36,912 nt of DNA from Microcoleaceae cyanobacterium (GTDB taxonomy: Bacteria; Cyanobacteriota; Cyanobacteriia; Cyanobacteriales; Microcoleaceae): assembly GCA_051652765.1 (NCBI GenBank), contig JBOFUV010000113.1:1-36912 (forward strand), read 5' to 3'. This document shows, one piece after another, positions 1 to 8,767 of the stretch (positions are counted from its first letter, which is position 1; every line of letters starts with the position of its first letter). The notes beneath the pieces were generated by a model that was given only the letters and a program-made list of their open reading frames with translations, did not search any database and was not told the DNA's origin. Position numbers and translations under genes: made by a program.

Positions 1-405
1 GTCGTTGGCGGCTTGACCTGGATGTCCGTTGCTCGGCTCGTTCGGGCGAGTTTTTTGACAACCCGAGAAATGGATTTTGTCACCGCAGCGCGAGCAATTG
101 GAGCGAGACCTCGACGATTAATTTGGGTGCATATTTTACCCAATGTGCTCAGTCCGGTGATTGTGGCTGCAACCCTTGCCGTTGGCAATGCGATGATCAC
201 GGAGTCAACCCTGAGTTTCTTGGGTTTGGGCTTTCCCCCGGATGTGCCAACGTGGGGACGAATGCTCTACGATGCTCAGAACTATATTGAAACCGCGCCT
301 CACATGGCACTGTTTCCAGGGGCAGCAATTTTCTTGACGGTATTGAGTATTAACTATATTGGGGATGGATTAAGAGATGCGTTAGATCCCCAGTCTAGAC
401 GATGA
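1..405 (+). CDS. Oligopeptide/dipeptide ABC transporter permease (OppC/DppC family), C-terminal part; truncated by window start
   Basis: Frame open from base 1; EAA-loop-like DFVTAARAIGA..RLIWVHILPN, ESTLSFLGLG, PTWGRML and terminal GDGLRDALDP motifs. Confidence 0.93.
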   Translation, partial: VVGGLTWMSVARLVRASFLTTREMDFVTAARAIGARPRRLIWVHILPNVLSPVIVAATLAVGNAMITESTLSFLGLGFPPDVPTWGRMLYDAQNYIETAPHMALFPGAAIFLTVLSINYIGDGLRDALDPQSRR

Positions 406-504
406 TTTTTCTAACATAGAAGTCGGCAATAATTGGTGCAATGGAGGGAAAGGACGTTGCCCTTTTTCGGCGGTTTATCCCCAAGCCCCGCTTTGATTTT
501 ATCT

Positions 505-532
505 AACTACTTTAGATAAACTACTTTAGACA
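505..532. repeat. 14-bp tandem duplication AACTACTTTAGA(T/C)A x2
   Basis: aactactttagata (505-518) followed by aactactttagaca (519-532), intergenic. Confidence 0.8.
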
Positions 533-678
533 AACCCCTCGTAACTTCAGCCAATTAAGCAACTGTAACACGGCTTAAATTTATCCGGAGTTGCAGCACT
601 TGAACCCGAATGAACTTAACGAATCTTACGATCACTAACGTATATTCGCTAACGTTCATTACTTGGAATCAATTTACG

Positions 679-1701
679 ATGTTTAATCAGTTTAATCGAA
701 TTCTTAATTTCTTAGTTGATGAAGCTTGGCCCTTTGCAAAGCCCTTTATGGAAGTGTTTCTCCCAGGATATATGCCCTGGATTAACACCGTAGATAAAGT
801 TGTGACTCCTTGGCTGGATCAACTTCTAGAAGACGCTGAAAATGCTACAGATGGTAACTCATCTATTGGTTCAACTGATTCCACTAAGATTCTAAGTAAT
901 CAAGATATCCTGACAGAATATCAGGTTTTAACTCGTCGTTCTGCTGACTCTTCTAAGCTCCATATCCTAACAGCAGGGGATGATGTTTTAGCCCCTGCAG
1001 GAATGCCTTTGCCCTTCTCTGCAAGAGGTGAAGTGCAAGCCCAATGGACAGCGGATAATCCGGGGGGAATTTTGGCCTTAGACGGAAATGATTTCTTGAT
1101 TGGGTCTAGTCAAGTTGACTTCATCAATGGCAACCAAGGTGATGATTTGCTCTCAGGAGCTGCCGGGAATGATCTGATCCGAGGAGGAAAAGGTAACGAT
1201 GCGATCGCTGGAGATCTGGGGCATGATATTCTCAACGGCAACCGTGAGAGTGACTTGGTTCAGGGGGGTGAAGGGGATGATTTGCTCCGGGGGGGCAAGG
1301 AGAATGACACACTCCAAGGCGATGCCGGAAATGATATTTTAATTGGAGATTTGGGCACTGATTTACTGATTGGAAATGCTGGTGCAGACCAGTTTATTCT
1401 GGCTTCAACTCCTGAACCTCAAACCGATATCTTGCTGGCTGATGTTGTAACAGACTTTGTTCTGAGTGAAGGCGATCGCATTTTAGTCATAGCAAACTTT
1501 GATGCCAGCAACTTGAGCTTTGAATCCTTCAATTCAACAACCGATTTAGAACTAGTAAATGGTAGCACCCAGGGAACGATCATCCGAGAAATTTCCACAG
1601 GTAGCATTCTTGGAATTGTTGCCGATGTAACCAATTCAGAACTGGTGAAAGAGAGTGTAACCGTTATCAGTCCCAATGATTCTTTATTACTAATTGGATA
1701 G
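679..1701 (+). CDS. RTX/hemolysin-type calcium-binding repeat protein
   Basis: Multiple GGxGxD-type nonapeptides (GNQGDD, GGKGND, GGEGDD, GDLGTD, GNAGADQF) then a DVVTDF...GDRI tail; ORF is open from 610, ATG 679 chosen as the likelier start. Confidence 0.85.
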   Translation: MFNQFNRILNFLVDEAWPFAKPFMEVFLPGYMPWINTVDKVVTPWLDQLLEDAENATDGNSSIGSTDSTKILSNQDILTEYQVLTRRSADSSKLHILTAGDDVLAPAGMPLPFSARGEVQAQWTADNPGGILALDGNDFLIGSSQVDFINGNQGDDLLSGAAGNDLIRGGKGNDAIAGDLGHDILNGNRESDLVQGGEGDDLLRGGKENDTLQGDAGNDILIGDLGTDLLIGNAGADQFILASTPEPQTDILLADVVTDFVLSEGDRILVIANFDASNLSFESFNSTTDLELVNGSTQGTIIREISTGSILGIVADVTNSELVKESVTVISPNDSLLLIG

Positions 1702-1809
1702 AGAGATCAAATCATGGCATTGGATAGCAGATTCAATCAGGCAACTTTTCATGAATTTCTGCTCCATCAAGGAGTATTCTAAGTCTAGACCAGACTCAGA
1801 AAGGCAACC

Positions 1810-3522
1810 GTGATGGCATTCAAGGATATCCAAACGCATTGGGCAAAAGCCTGCATCGAGAAATTAGTGGCCCTTGGACTCACCAAAGGGTATGCAGATG
1901 GGACGTTCAAACCCGATATCCCCGTTACACGGGCTGAGTTTGCCGTCTTTGCCAGTCGTGCTTTTCCTAATCAGCCGGAGATTCGGAAGGGATTTGAATT
2001 CAAGGATGTTCCCTCTAGCTATTGGGCCTATAGCCAAATTGCCAAAGCCTATCGTCAGGGATTTCTCAGTGGATATGCCGATCAGTCGTTTCGCCCAACT
2101 CAAAATATTCTTCGGGTTCATGCCTTGGTTTCCCTGGCCAGTGGGTTAAAACTGCCCCTGACTCAACCTGCAATTTACACCTTAATTAAGACCTTTACCG
2201 ATGGCAACGAGGTGCCTGAGTACGGCAGAACGGTCACAGCAGCAGCCACAGAAAAAGGATTGGTGGTCAATCATCCTGATGTCCGGTTTCTCAGACCCAA
2301 TGTCTCTGCCACACGGGCTGAAATCGCGGCATTTCTGTGTCAGGCTCTACTGAAACCTGGAGAACAGTCTCCTGTTCCAGACCAATATCTGCCGAAAGTG
2401 CTACTTGTTCCAGCTCCTCGGGGAGAAATTCGAGGGGTTTGGTTAACGAATATTGATAGCAACGTTTTATATTATCCAGAAACTATTACCAGAGCCGTGA
2501 ATCATCTGGCTAATTTAAACATTAATACCCTCTATCCTGTCGTTTGGAATCGGGGTCATACCCTTTACCCGAGTGCAGTGATGGAGCAAACAATTGGCGT
2601 TAAAATTGACCCTATTTCACTGTTGAAAGATCGGGATATTTTAAATGAAATGATCCCTCAAGCTCAGGCAAAAAATATGAGTGTCATTCCCTGGTTTGAG
2701 TTTGGATTTATGGTGCCTCAATCCTCCAAATTTGTGCAACTCCATCGGAATTGGATTACTCAACGTCAAGATGGCACTTTTCTAGTTCCAGAGAGTGCAA
2801 ACTCAACTAACATGCTGGCTTGGCTCAATCCATTTCATCCTGAAGTTCAGCAGTTTATGCTAGGTTTAGTCCTTGAAGTCGTTAAAAACTATGATGTGGA
2901 TGGCATTCAATTTGATGACCATTTTGGTTTGCCGGTTGAGTTGGGATATGATCCCTTCACGGTGCAACTTTATCAACAGGAACATAACGGTGCAAACCCT
3001 CCCACTGACTTTAAGGACTCAAAATGGATGGCTTGGCGAGCCAATAAAATTACAGACTTTGTGATGCGACTCTTCTGGGCAATTAAAGATGCTAAGTCTA
3101 ACTGTATTTTGAGTCTATCTTCAAACACTCAAGCTTTTTCCTACAATTATTATTTACAAGATTGGCAAGCTTGGGAACGCAGTGGTTATCTGGAAGAGAT
3201 TGTTATGCAAGTCTATCGCAATAATCTGGAGTCATTCTCACCTGATCTACAACGACCTGAAGTATTAGAAGCCAAAATTCATGTTCCGTTTGGCATCGGT
3301 ATTTTAACAGGTTTAAAAGATCGACCTGCATCGTTGAAAATGATTAATGCCCAAGTTCAAGAAGTTCGAAAGCGGAGATTTGCTGGATTTGCATTCTTCT
3401 TCTATGAAAGTCTGAGGATGCTAACGGCTACAGAACCCGGAAAAACAGAGTTTCAAGCCCTATTCCCTTCCACATCTGAACGACCCAAGAGTATCGCAGC
3501 TTCGACTCCTCCAACCTTTTAA
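1810..3522 (+). CDS. S-layer homology (SLH) domain protein with glycoside hydrolase family 10-like (GHL10/DUF187) domain
   Basis: Three SLH repeats (FKDIQTHWA..GYADGTFKPD..TRAEFA; FKDVPSSYWA; TRAEIAA), then EIRGVW, WFEFG, WLNPFHPEVQ and YDVDGIQFDDHF motifs. Confidence 0.9.
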   Translation: MMAFKDIQTHWAKACIEKLVALGLTKGYADGTFKPDIPVTRAEFAVFASRAFPNQPEIRKGFEFKDVPSSYWAYSQIAKAYRQGFLSGYADQSFRPTQNILRVHALVSLASGLKLPLTQPAIYTLIKTFTDGNEVPEYGRTVTAAATEKGLVVNHPDVRFLRPNVSATRAEIAAFLCQALLKPGEQSPVPDQYLPKVLLVPAPRGEIRGVWLTNIDSNVLYYPETITRAVNHLANLNINTLYPVVWNRGHTLYPSAVMEQTIGVKIDPISLLKDRDILNEMIPQAQAKNMSVIPWFEFGFMVPQSSKFVQLHRNWITQRQDGTFLVPESANSTNMLAWLNPFHPEVQQFMLGLVLEVVKNYDVDGIQFDDHFGLPVELGYDPFTVQLYQQEHNGANPPTDFKDSKWMAWRANKITDFVMRLFWAIKDAKSNCILSLSSNTQAFSYNYYLQDWQAWERSGYLEEIVMQVYRNNLESFSPDLQRPEVLEAKIHVPFGIGILTGLKDRPASLKMINAQVQEVRKRRFAGFAFFFYESLRMLTATEPGKTEFQALFPSTSERPKSIAASTPPTF

Positions 3523-3554
3523 TGTCTCTTGAATACTTCTAGCGCCGAGTTGGT

Positions 3555-4001
3555 ATGATTACGATTCGTCCGTACTTAGACCAAGATTGGGAAGCGATTT
3601 GCCAGGTGCATGACCGAGCACAACCCAGTGAATTTGAAGGGATATTTGACAGTTCTCTAGTTGCTCCTCTAGCAGAGAATTTTAAGATTCGAAATATCCT
3701 TCCTCAAAGCCTTAAATTTGTCGCTTGTGAAGGCGAAAAAGTAGTGGGCTTTATTATCATGAATGATCACTCGATCAACCTGTTATACGTTGATCCAAAT
3801 TATCAAAATCAAGGAGTTGGCGCAAGATTGCTAACCTTAGCAATTAATATTATCGGCTCTCCGATTTGGACAGTAACGATTGCTGGAAATATGCGAGCCC
3901 GTCGGTTTTATGAACGGGCAGGGTTTAAACAGATGAACCAGTTTGAGGCCAAAGTGAAGGAAAAACCCTGTCAGTTTGTGCGATTGCAACGGCTTACCTA
4001 A
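3555..4001 (+). CDS. GNAT family N-acetyltransferase
   Basis: LYVDPNYQNQGVGARLL acetyl-CoA motif and N..ARRFYERAGF. Confidence 0.9.
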   Translation: MITIRPYLDQDWEAICQVHDRAQPSEFEGIFDSSLVAPLAENFKIRNILPQSLKFVACEGEKVVGFIIMNDHSINLLYVDPNYQNQGVGARLLTLAINIIGSPIWTVTIAGNMRARRFYERAGFKQMNQFEAKVKEKPCQFVRLQRLT

Positions 4002-4299
4002 TGATGGGATGAGAGGTGGGTAATCGCATCGATACAATGACCCAAAGCATGACTGACACAATGACCAGCATCACTTACCGTCTGTTCTATTGCTTGTAAA
4101 TCGCCTTCATCAGATGAAGACAGAACTTCATAAGCGGTCAAGTTAACAGTCTTACTCCCTCTAACTGAGAGTCTGTAACAATAACACTTGAGCTTGAATT
4201 CTGATGCATGTAAAGAGTTGGTAAAGCCATCGATGGAATCTTTGATTGCTCAACTCCTCGTATAAGATATATCGATAAGGTTAGAGCTATATATATTGT

Positions 4300-6195
4300 A
4301 TGAGTCCGCACCCCGCAAAGCCGGAACTGATTAGCACTCTAGATGTGCGTGGACATCCGCCCCGAATTTGTATTTTGGGTGGGGGTTTTGCCGGACTTTT
4401 CACTGCCTTGGAATTAAGTAAACAACTGAGCAAACAATCCTGGCGGGACGACCAAAAACCTCAAGTTACTCTAGTTAATAGTGAGTCTCGATTTTTATTC
4501 ACCCCATTTTTGTACGAACTCATCACTTCAGAATTGAAAACTTGGGAAGTGGCTCCAGCATTTGAAAAGTTGCTGGCTTACACTGATGTGCGATTTCATC
4601 AAGGAACAGTTCAGAGTGTCGATTTAAACCATCGTCAAGTTCACCTGCATTCTAGAGACGTTCTCGCCTACGATTATTTGGTGTTGGCAGTTGGGCGCGA
4701 GATGCGAGCTTGGGGCGAACTGGAAGAGGTCTCTAGACCTTCACTGTCCATTCGTGGATTTCGAACCTTGGCCGATGCTGAGTGGCTCCAGGAGAAACTT
4801 CAGGCGCTAGAAGCTTCAGATAGTTCCCTGATTCGGGTAGCGATTGTGGGAGGGGGACCAAACGGCGTGGAGCTAGCGGGCAAGCTAGCGGATCGGCTGG
4901 GAAAACGCGGGCAAATCCATCTGATCGTTCGGGGTTCACAGATTCTTAAGGACTTTACCCAATTTACCCGTCGTGTTGCTGACCAATCCCTAGTTCGACG
5001 GGGTGTGCAGTTAAGATTCCAGACCACAGTTGCTGCCGTAGGCGAAAATAGCATTACGCTTCGTTTTCAGAAAAACGCTCAGAATCAACTCACAGAACAA
5101 CCCCAAGAACAATCAGAAGAATTACCTGTGGACTTGGTGATTGGAACGGTCGGAACCCAGGCGAGGGACTGGATCACGCATCTGGAATGTCAGCACGATG
5201 CCATGAATCAATTGCTCACCCATCCAACTCTCCAGCTTGTGGATTATCCAGAGGTCTTTGCCGTAGGAGATTTGGCGGACATTCGCAACCATCGTGGCCA
5301 AAAAATCCCAGCTACGGCTCAAGCAGCGTTCCAACAGGGGAGCGCTGTTGCTAGAAACCTAATGGCACTTCTGCGAGGTCAATCTCTGCAACACTTTCAC
5401 TACCTGCATTTAGGAGAAATGCTCACCCTTGGAACTCAGGATGCGATCGTCGTTAGCTTCAGAATTTGCCTGCGGGGCAGACTGGCGTGTTTGGCAAGAC
5501 ATTGGATTTATATTCTGCTGCGAATGCCCACGTTGCATCATCGGGTACAGGTCACTCGATCGCGACTTCAAGTCCAAATGCAACTCCAATTTCAGTCATT
5601 ATTTCGGTTTTTTGGATTTAATAATTACAACGAATCTAACAGCTTTAACGGATCTACAAATTCCAATCATTCTGAAAGTAACCTACCCCAAAAAGTTATG
5701 ACGAATTCGTCTATGCATCAATCTCAATTTAGAGGGTTATCCGGTTTGATTTTAACAGTTCTAGTGACTCAATTGATGCTGGCATTTCGACTGCTTTGCT
5801 TGCCCAGTGCAATTTCAGCCCTGCCTAAATCTTTAAACTTGGCTTGTGATCCGATTCTCTATCCATTCTTATCCTATGCGATGTATTCCTATCCCAGATA
5901 TCCTGGACAAAAACTTGCTGACCATCAACTATTTGGAATCTTAGTGGATGGGACAGAGATTCCGGTAACTGAAAAGGAACTCGGAATTGGGTTGTACAAA
6001 TTTAAAAAAGCCTATATGAAGCCCATTCGAGAGGGAAAATCAGAAGCAATTCAGTCTTTATTTGAATTGTATCAACAAAACAATCGGCAGAAATTAGTGC
6101 ATTTAGTGTTGAAGTCCTATCCCGTTACGATTACAAAATCAGGGATTCAGCAGCGACCCATGGAAACAAGAATCATTCCAATTCAACCACTGTAG
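4300..6195 (+). CDS. Type II NAD(P)H:quinone oxidoreductase (NdbB/NDC1-like) fused to a C-terminal ~165-aa membrane-anchored domain
   Basis: RICILGGGFAGLFTAL, FLFTPFLYEL...WEVAP, VAIVGGGPNGVELAG, VFAVGD, PATAQAAFQQ and LGEMLTLG motifs; then an N/S-rich linker, a TM helix and a YPFLSYAMYS motif. Confidence 0.85.
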   Translation: MSPHPAKPELISTLDVRGHPPRICILGGGFAGLFTALELSKQLSKQSWRDDQKPQVTLVNSESRFLFTPFLYELITSELKTWEVAPAFEKLLAYTDVRFHQGTVQSVDLNHRQVHLHSRDVLAYDYLVLAVGREMRAWGELEEVSRPSLSIRGFRTLADAEWLQEKLQALEASDSSLIRVAIVGGGPNGVELAGKLADRLGKRGQIHLIVRGSQILKDFTQFTRRVADQSLVRRGVQLRFQTTVAAVGENSITLRFQKNAQNQLTEQPQEQSEELPVDLVIGTVGTQARDWITHLECQHDAMNQLLTHPTLQLVDYPEVFAVGDLADIRNHRGQKIPATAQAAFQQGSAVARNLMALLRGQSLQHFHYLHLGEMLTLGTQDAIVVSFRICLRGRLACLARHWIYILLRMPTLHHRVQVTRSRLQVQMQLQFQSLFRFFGFNNYNESNSFNGSTNSNHSESNLPQKVMTNSSMHQSQFRGLSGLILTVLVTQLMLAFRLLCLPSAISALPKSLNLACDPILYPFLSYAMYSYPRYPGQKLADHQLFGILVDGTEIPVTEKELGIGLYKFKKAYMKPIREGKSEAIQSLFELYQQNNRQKLVHLVLKSYPVTITKSGIQQRPMETRIIPIQPL

Positions 6196-6272
6196 TGTTC
6201 CCCACAAATCCACTGCTCAAGTTTAGAAGAATCAATTCAGAATTGTTTGGAACATAATTAGGAGAATTGTTA

Positions 6273-7643
6273 ATGCAGCTACAAGCAACTCAAAATATCT
6301 GGATTCAGCGCTGGCAGGAGTATTGGTTTGCGCCTTCTCCCCTATTTGACTTGGCAATTTGTCGAATTGTTGTTGTTTTGTTTCAGGTCACTTATTTTTT
6401 TCGGTACGAGACACATGCGAAAGTGCTGGATTTATCAGCAACTTCAGAGGAGTTGTATGATCCATTGCCTCCGGTTCGGGCTTTAACCTTTTTCTTTGGC
6501 TTTGATAACCCTCCACCCAACGAATTTTTGAGTTTAATTTTTTGGGTAACTCTGATTTCTGGATTATCTGCTTTAGTTGGACTTCAAACTCGCTTGAGCC
6601 TGATCATTTTTGCAATTGGCAATCTTTTTATCCAGTCCTTTTTGTATTCTTTTGGTGAACATCATCATCCCCAAGGCTTGATTCTGATTACCTTTTTTCT
6701 ATTGGCCTTTAGTCCAGCAGGCAAAGTATTGTCCGCAGATGATTTAATCCAACGGCTGCGGCAGAACATTCGACGTAGAAAATTTACAGCCTTCAGCTTA
6801 GTTGATGAATACAGTGAATTTGCAAAATGGTCACTGCGTTTGGTGCAATGCTTGCTCGCGCTTGCTTACTTGAGTGCAGCGGTCAGTAAAATAGCAGCAG
6901 GGGGTCTAGACTGGATGAACGGTTACACCTTGCAATTCTACCTTCTCGCCGACGGATTTCTCTGGGATCGACCTTTGGGGATTTTCCTGTCTCAGAACCA
7001 TTTTCTCTGTGTCATCTTCTCTTGGATGGCCATAATTTTTGAGGGAACATTTTTCTTAGTCTTAATTTTTCCAAGATTAGTCTGGCTCTACATTCCTGCA
7101 GGAACCTCCTTTCACATCGGCATTTATCTAGCGCAATGGGCACCCTTTTTTCAGTTTGTCACCTTGTATTGTGTATTTTTACCTTGGGCAGCACTAGTGA
7201 AAATCCTGTCTCGCCGTTTGTGGCGCTACCGAACTGATCAGAAACCCGAAGTTCTATTTGATGGTGAGTGTCCGCTATGTATTGGTTGCATGACTGTGGT
7301 GTGTTACTTGGACTGGTTCCAGTGGATCACCTACAGTGACCTGCAATCCCGCTGGCCAGAACTGGTAGAAACCCATCCTGAAATTTCCTTGAAAGCCTGT
7401 CTAGGGGAAATGCATCTGATTTTGCCGAACAATGGGGTGCGACGAGGGTTTTTTGCCTTTCGGAATATAGTTTGCTATCTGCCTGCCCTGTGGCCACTTT
7501 GGCCCATTTTGTATTTCCCTGGTATGTCCTACCTGGGCGATCGCACATACCGCTTTGTGGCTGCTCACCGTCCCCGCTTTGTACAAAGTTGTAGTTCCGG
7601 CGCTTGTTCAATTGGTACGGATCGAGACATCAAAAGGCTTTGA
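6273..7643 (+). CDS. HTTM-domain (vitamin K-dependent gamma-carboxylase-like) membrane protein fused to a DCC1-like (DUF393) thiol-disulfide oxidoreductase
   Basis: Multi-TM; LAICRI, SFGEHHH, LSAD, YLSAAVSKI...DWMNG, FEGTF and FHIGI motifs; C-terminal VLFDGECPLC (DxxCxxC); AGGAG at 6260-6264 precedes ATG 6273. Confidence 0.85.
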   Translation: MQLQATQNIWIQRWQEYWFAPSPLFDLAICRIVVVLFQVTYFFRYETHAKVLDLSATSEELYDPLPPVRALTFFFGFDNPPPNEFLSLIFWVTLISGLSALVGLQTRLSLIIFAIGNLFIQSFLYSFGEHHHPQGLILITFFLLAFSPAGKVLSADDLIQRLRQNIRRRKFTAFSLVDEYSEFAKWSLRLVQCLLALAYLSAAVSKIAAGGLDWMNGYTLQFYLLADGFLWDRPLGIFLSQNHFLCVIFSWMAIIFEGTFFLVLIFPRLVWLYIPAGTSFHIGIYLAQWAPFFQFVTLYCVFLPWAALVKILSRRLWRYRTDQKPEVLFDGECPLCIGCMTVVCYLDWFQWITYSDLQSRWPELVETHPEISLKACLGEMHLILPNNGVRRGFFAFRNIVCYLPALWPLWPILYFPGMSYLGDRTYRFVAAHRPRFVQSCSSGACSIGTDRDIKRL

Positions 7644-7760
7644 TTCTCCTCTGAACAGTTCCGGTATCAAAGGGTCAGCGTTCCTGGTTTGACAGAGAAG
7701 AAGTATAACTGGCAGAACTTCTCAAAGATTTTAAGAGGGTTTTGCAGCTTGATTTTCTGT

Positions 7761-8714
7761 TCAGGATCGCCGATGTAAAATACTCAGTAACTTTTTCATT
7801 TCTAACGGTAAAGGTGCAACGGCCTCAATTTTTTCTCCTGAAACTGGGTGTTGCAACGTTAACTTCCAGGCATGAAGGGCTTGACCTTGGAGGTTGACCC
7901 CAAGAGAATGTCCTCGGCTGTAGTCTGGATCACCCACAACAGGATGTCCAATCCATGCAGAGTGTACTCGAATTTGATGGGTACGCCCTGTGCCCAGAAG
8001 AAAATGCACTAGAGTATAGTTGCCTAGACGTTCTTGAATCTGCCAATGGGTCACTGCTTCCCGCCCGCCTTTTTCAACTGGAATCACTGCCATTTTAAGG
8101 CGATCGCCTAAATGCCGACCAATGGGTTGATCAATTGTGCCAAAATCATCCTTGGGCGCACCATAAACAATTCCTAAATATTCTCGACGGGCTGTTTTTC
8201 TCCGAATTTGATCTTGTAAATGTTGCAATACAAAATCTGTTTTTGCAACTACAATTGTCCCCGTTGTATTTTTGTCTAAACGATGGACAATTCCAGGTCG
8301 TTGGACTCCACCAATTCCAGCTAGAGCATCACAATGGGCTAATAAAGCATTCACTAAGGTATCGTTCTCATGACCTGCAGAAGGATGAACCACTAACCCA
8401 GCAGGTTTATTGATAATAATTAATGCCTCGTCTTCATACAAAATATCGAGGGGAAACTCTAGAGGTTTCAACTCCAAGGGTTCGGCTTTGGGAATTAAAA
8501 CTTGGATGCGATCGCCAACTTTAACGATCTCTTTTTTTGATTGGCAAATGATTTCATTGATCTGCACTTGCCCTTGAGAAATTAAAGTCTGAATGCGCGA
8601 TCGCGATAGTTTTGCAACGTGATCTGCCAACCAACGATCAAGCCGTTGAGTTCCAAACTGTTCCAGATCAGAGTCATTGGATACTGTGAGAACAATGGTT
8701 TGTTCTATGCTCAT
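7761..8714 (-). CDS. rluD: RluA/RluD family 23S rRNA pseudouridine synthase
   Basis: S4 domain RLDRWLA...SRSRIQ, NKPAGLVVHP, RPGIVHRLDKNTTG, GTGRTHQIRVH, QALHA. Confidence 0.9.
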   Translation of the reverse strand: MSIEQTIVLTVSNDSDLEQFGTQRLDRWLADHVAKLSRSRIQTLISQGQVQINEIICQSKKEIVKVGDRIQVLIPKAEPLELKPLEFPLDILYEDEALIIINKPAGLVVHPSAGHENDTLVNALLAHCDALAGIGGVQRPGIVHRLDKNTTGTIVVAKTDFVLQHLQDQIRRKTARREYLGIVYGAPKDDFGTIDQPIGRHLGDRLKMAVIPVEKGGREAVTHWQIQERLGNYTLVHFLLGTGRTHQIRVHSAWIGHPVVGDPDYSRGHSLGVNLQGQALHAWKLTLQHPVSGEKIEAVAPLPLEMKKLLSILHRRS

Positions 8715-8767
8715 TTTGAAGTACTCATCTTAAAATCCTCATTCTAAAGCATTCATCTTGAAGAGTC

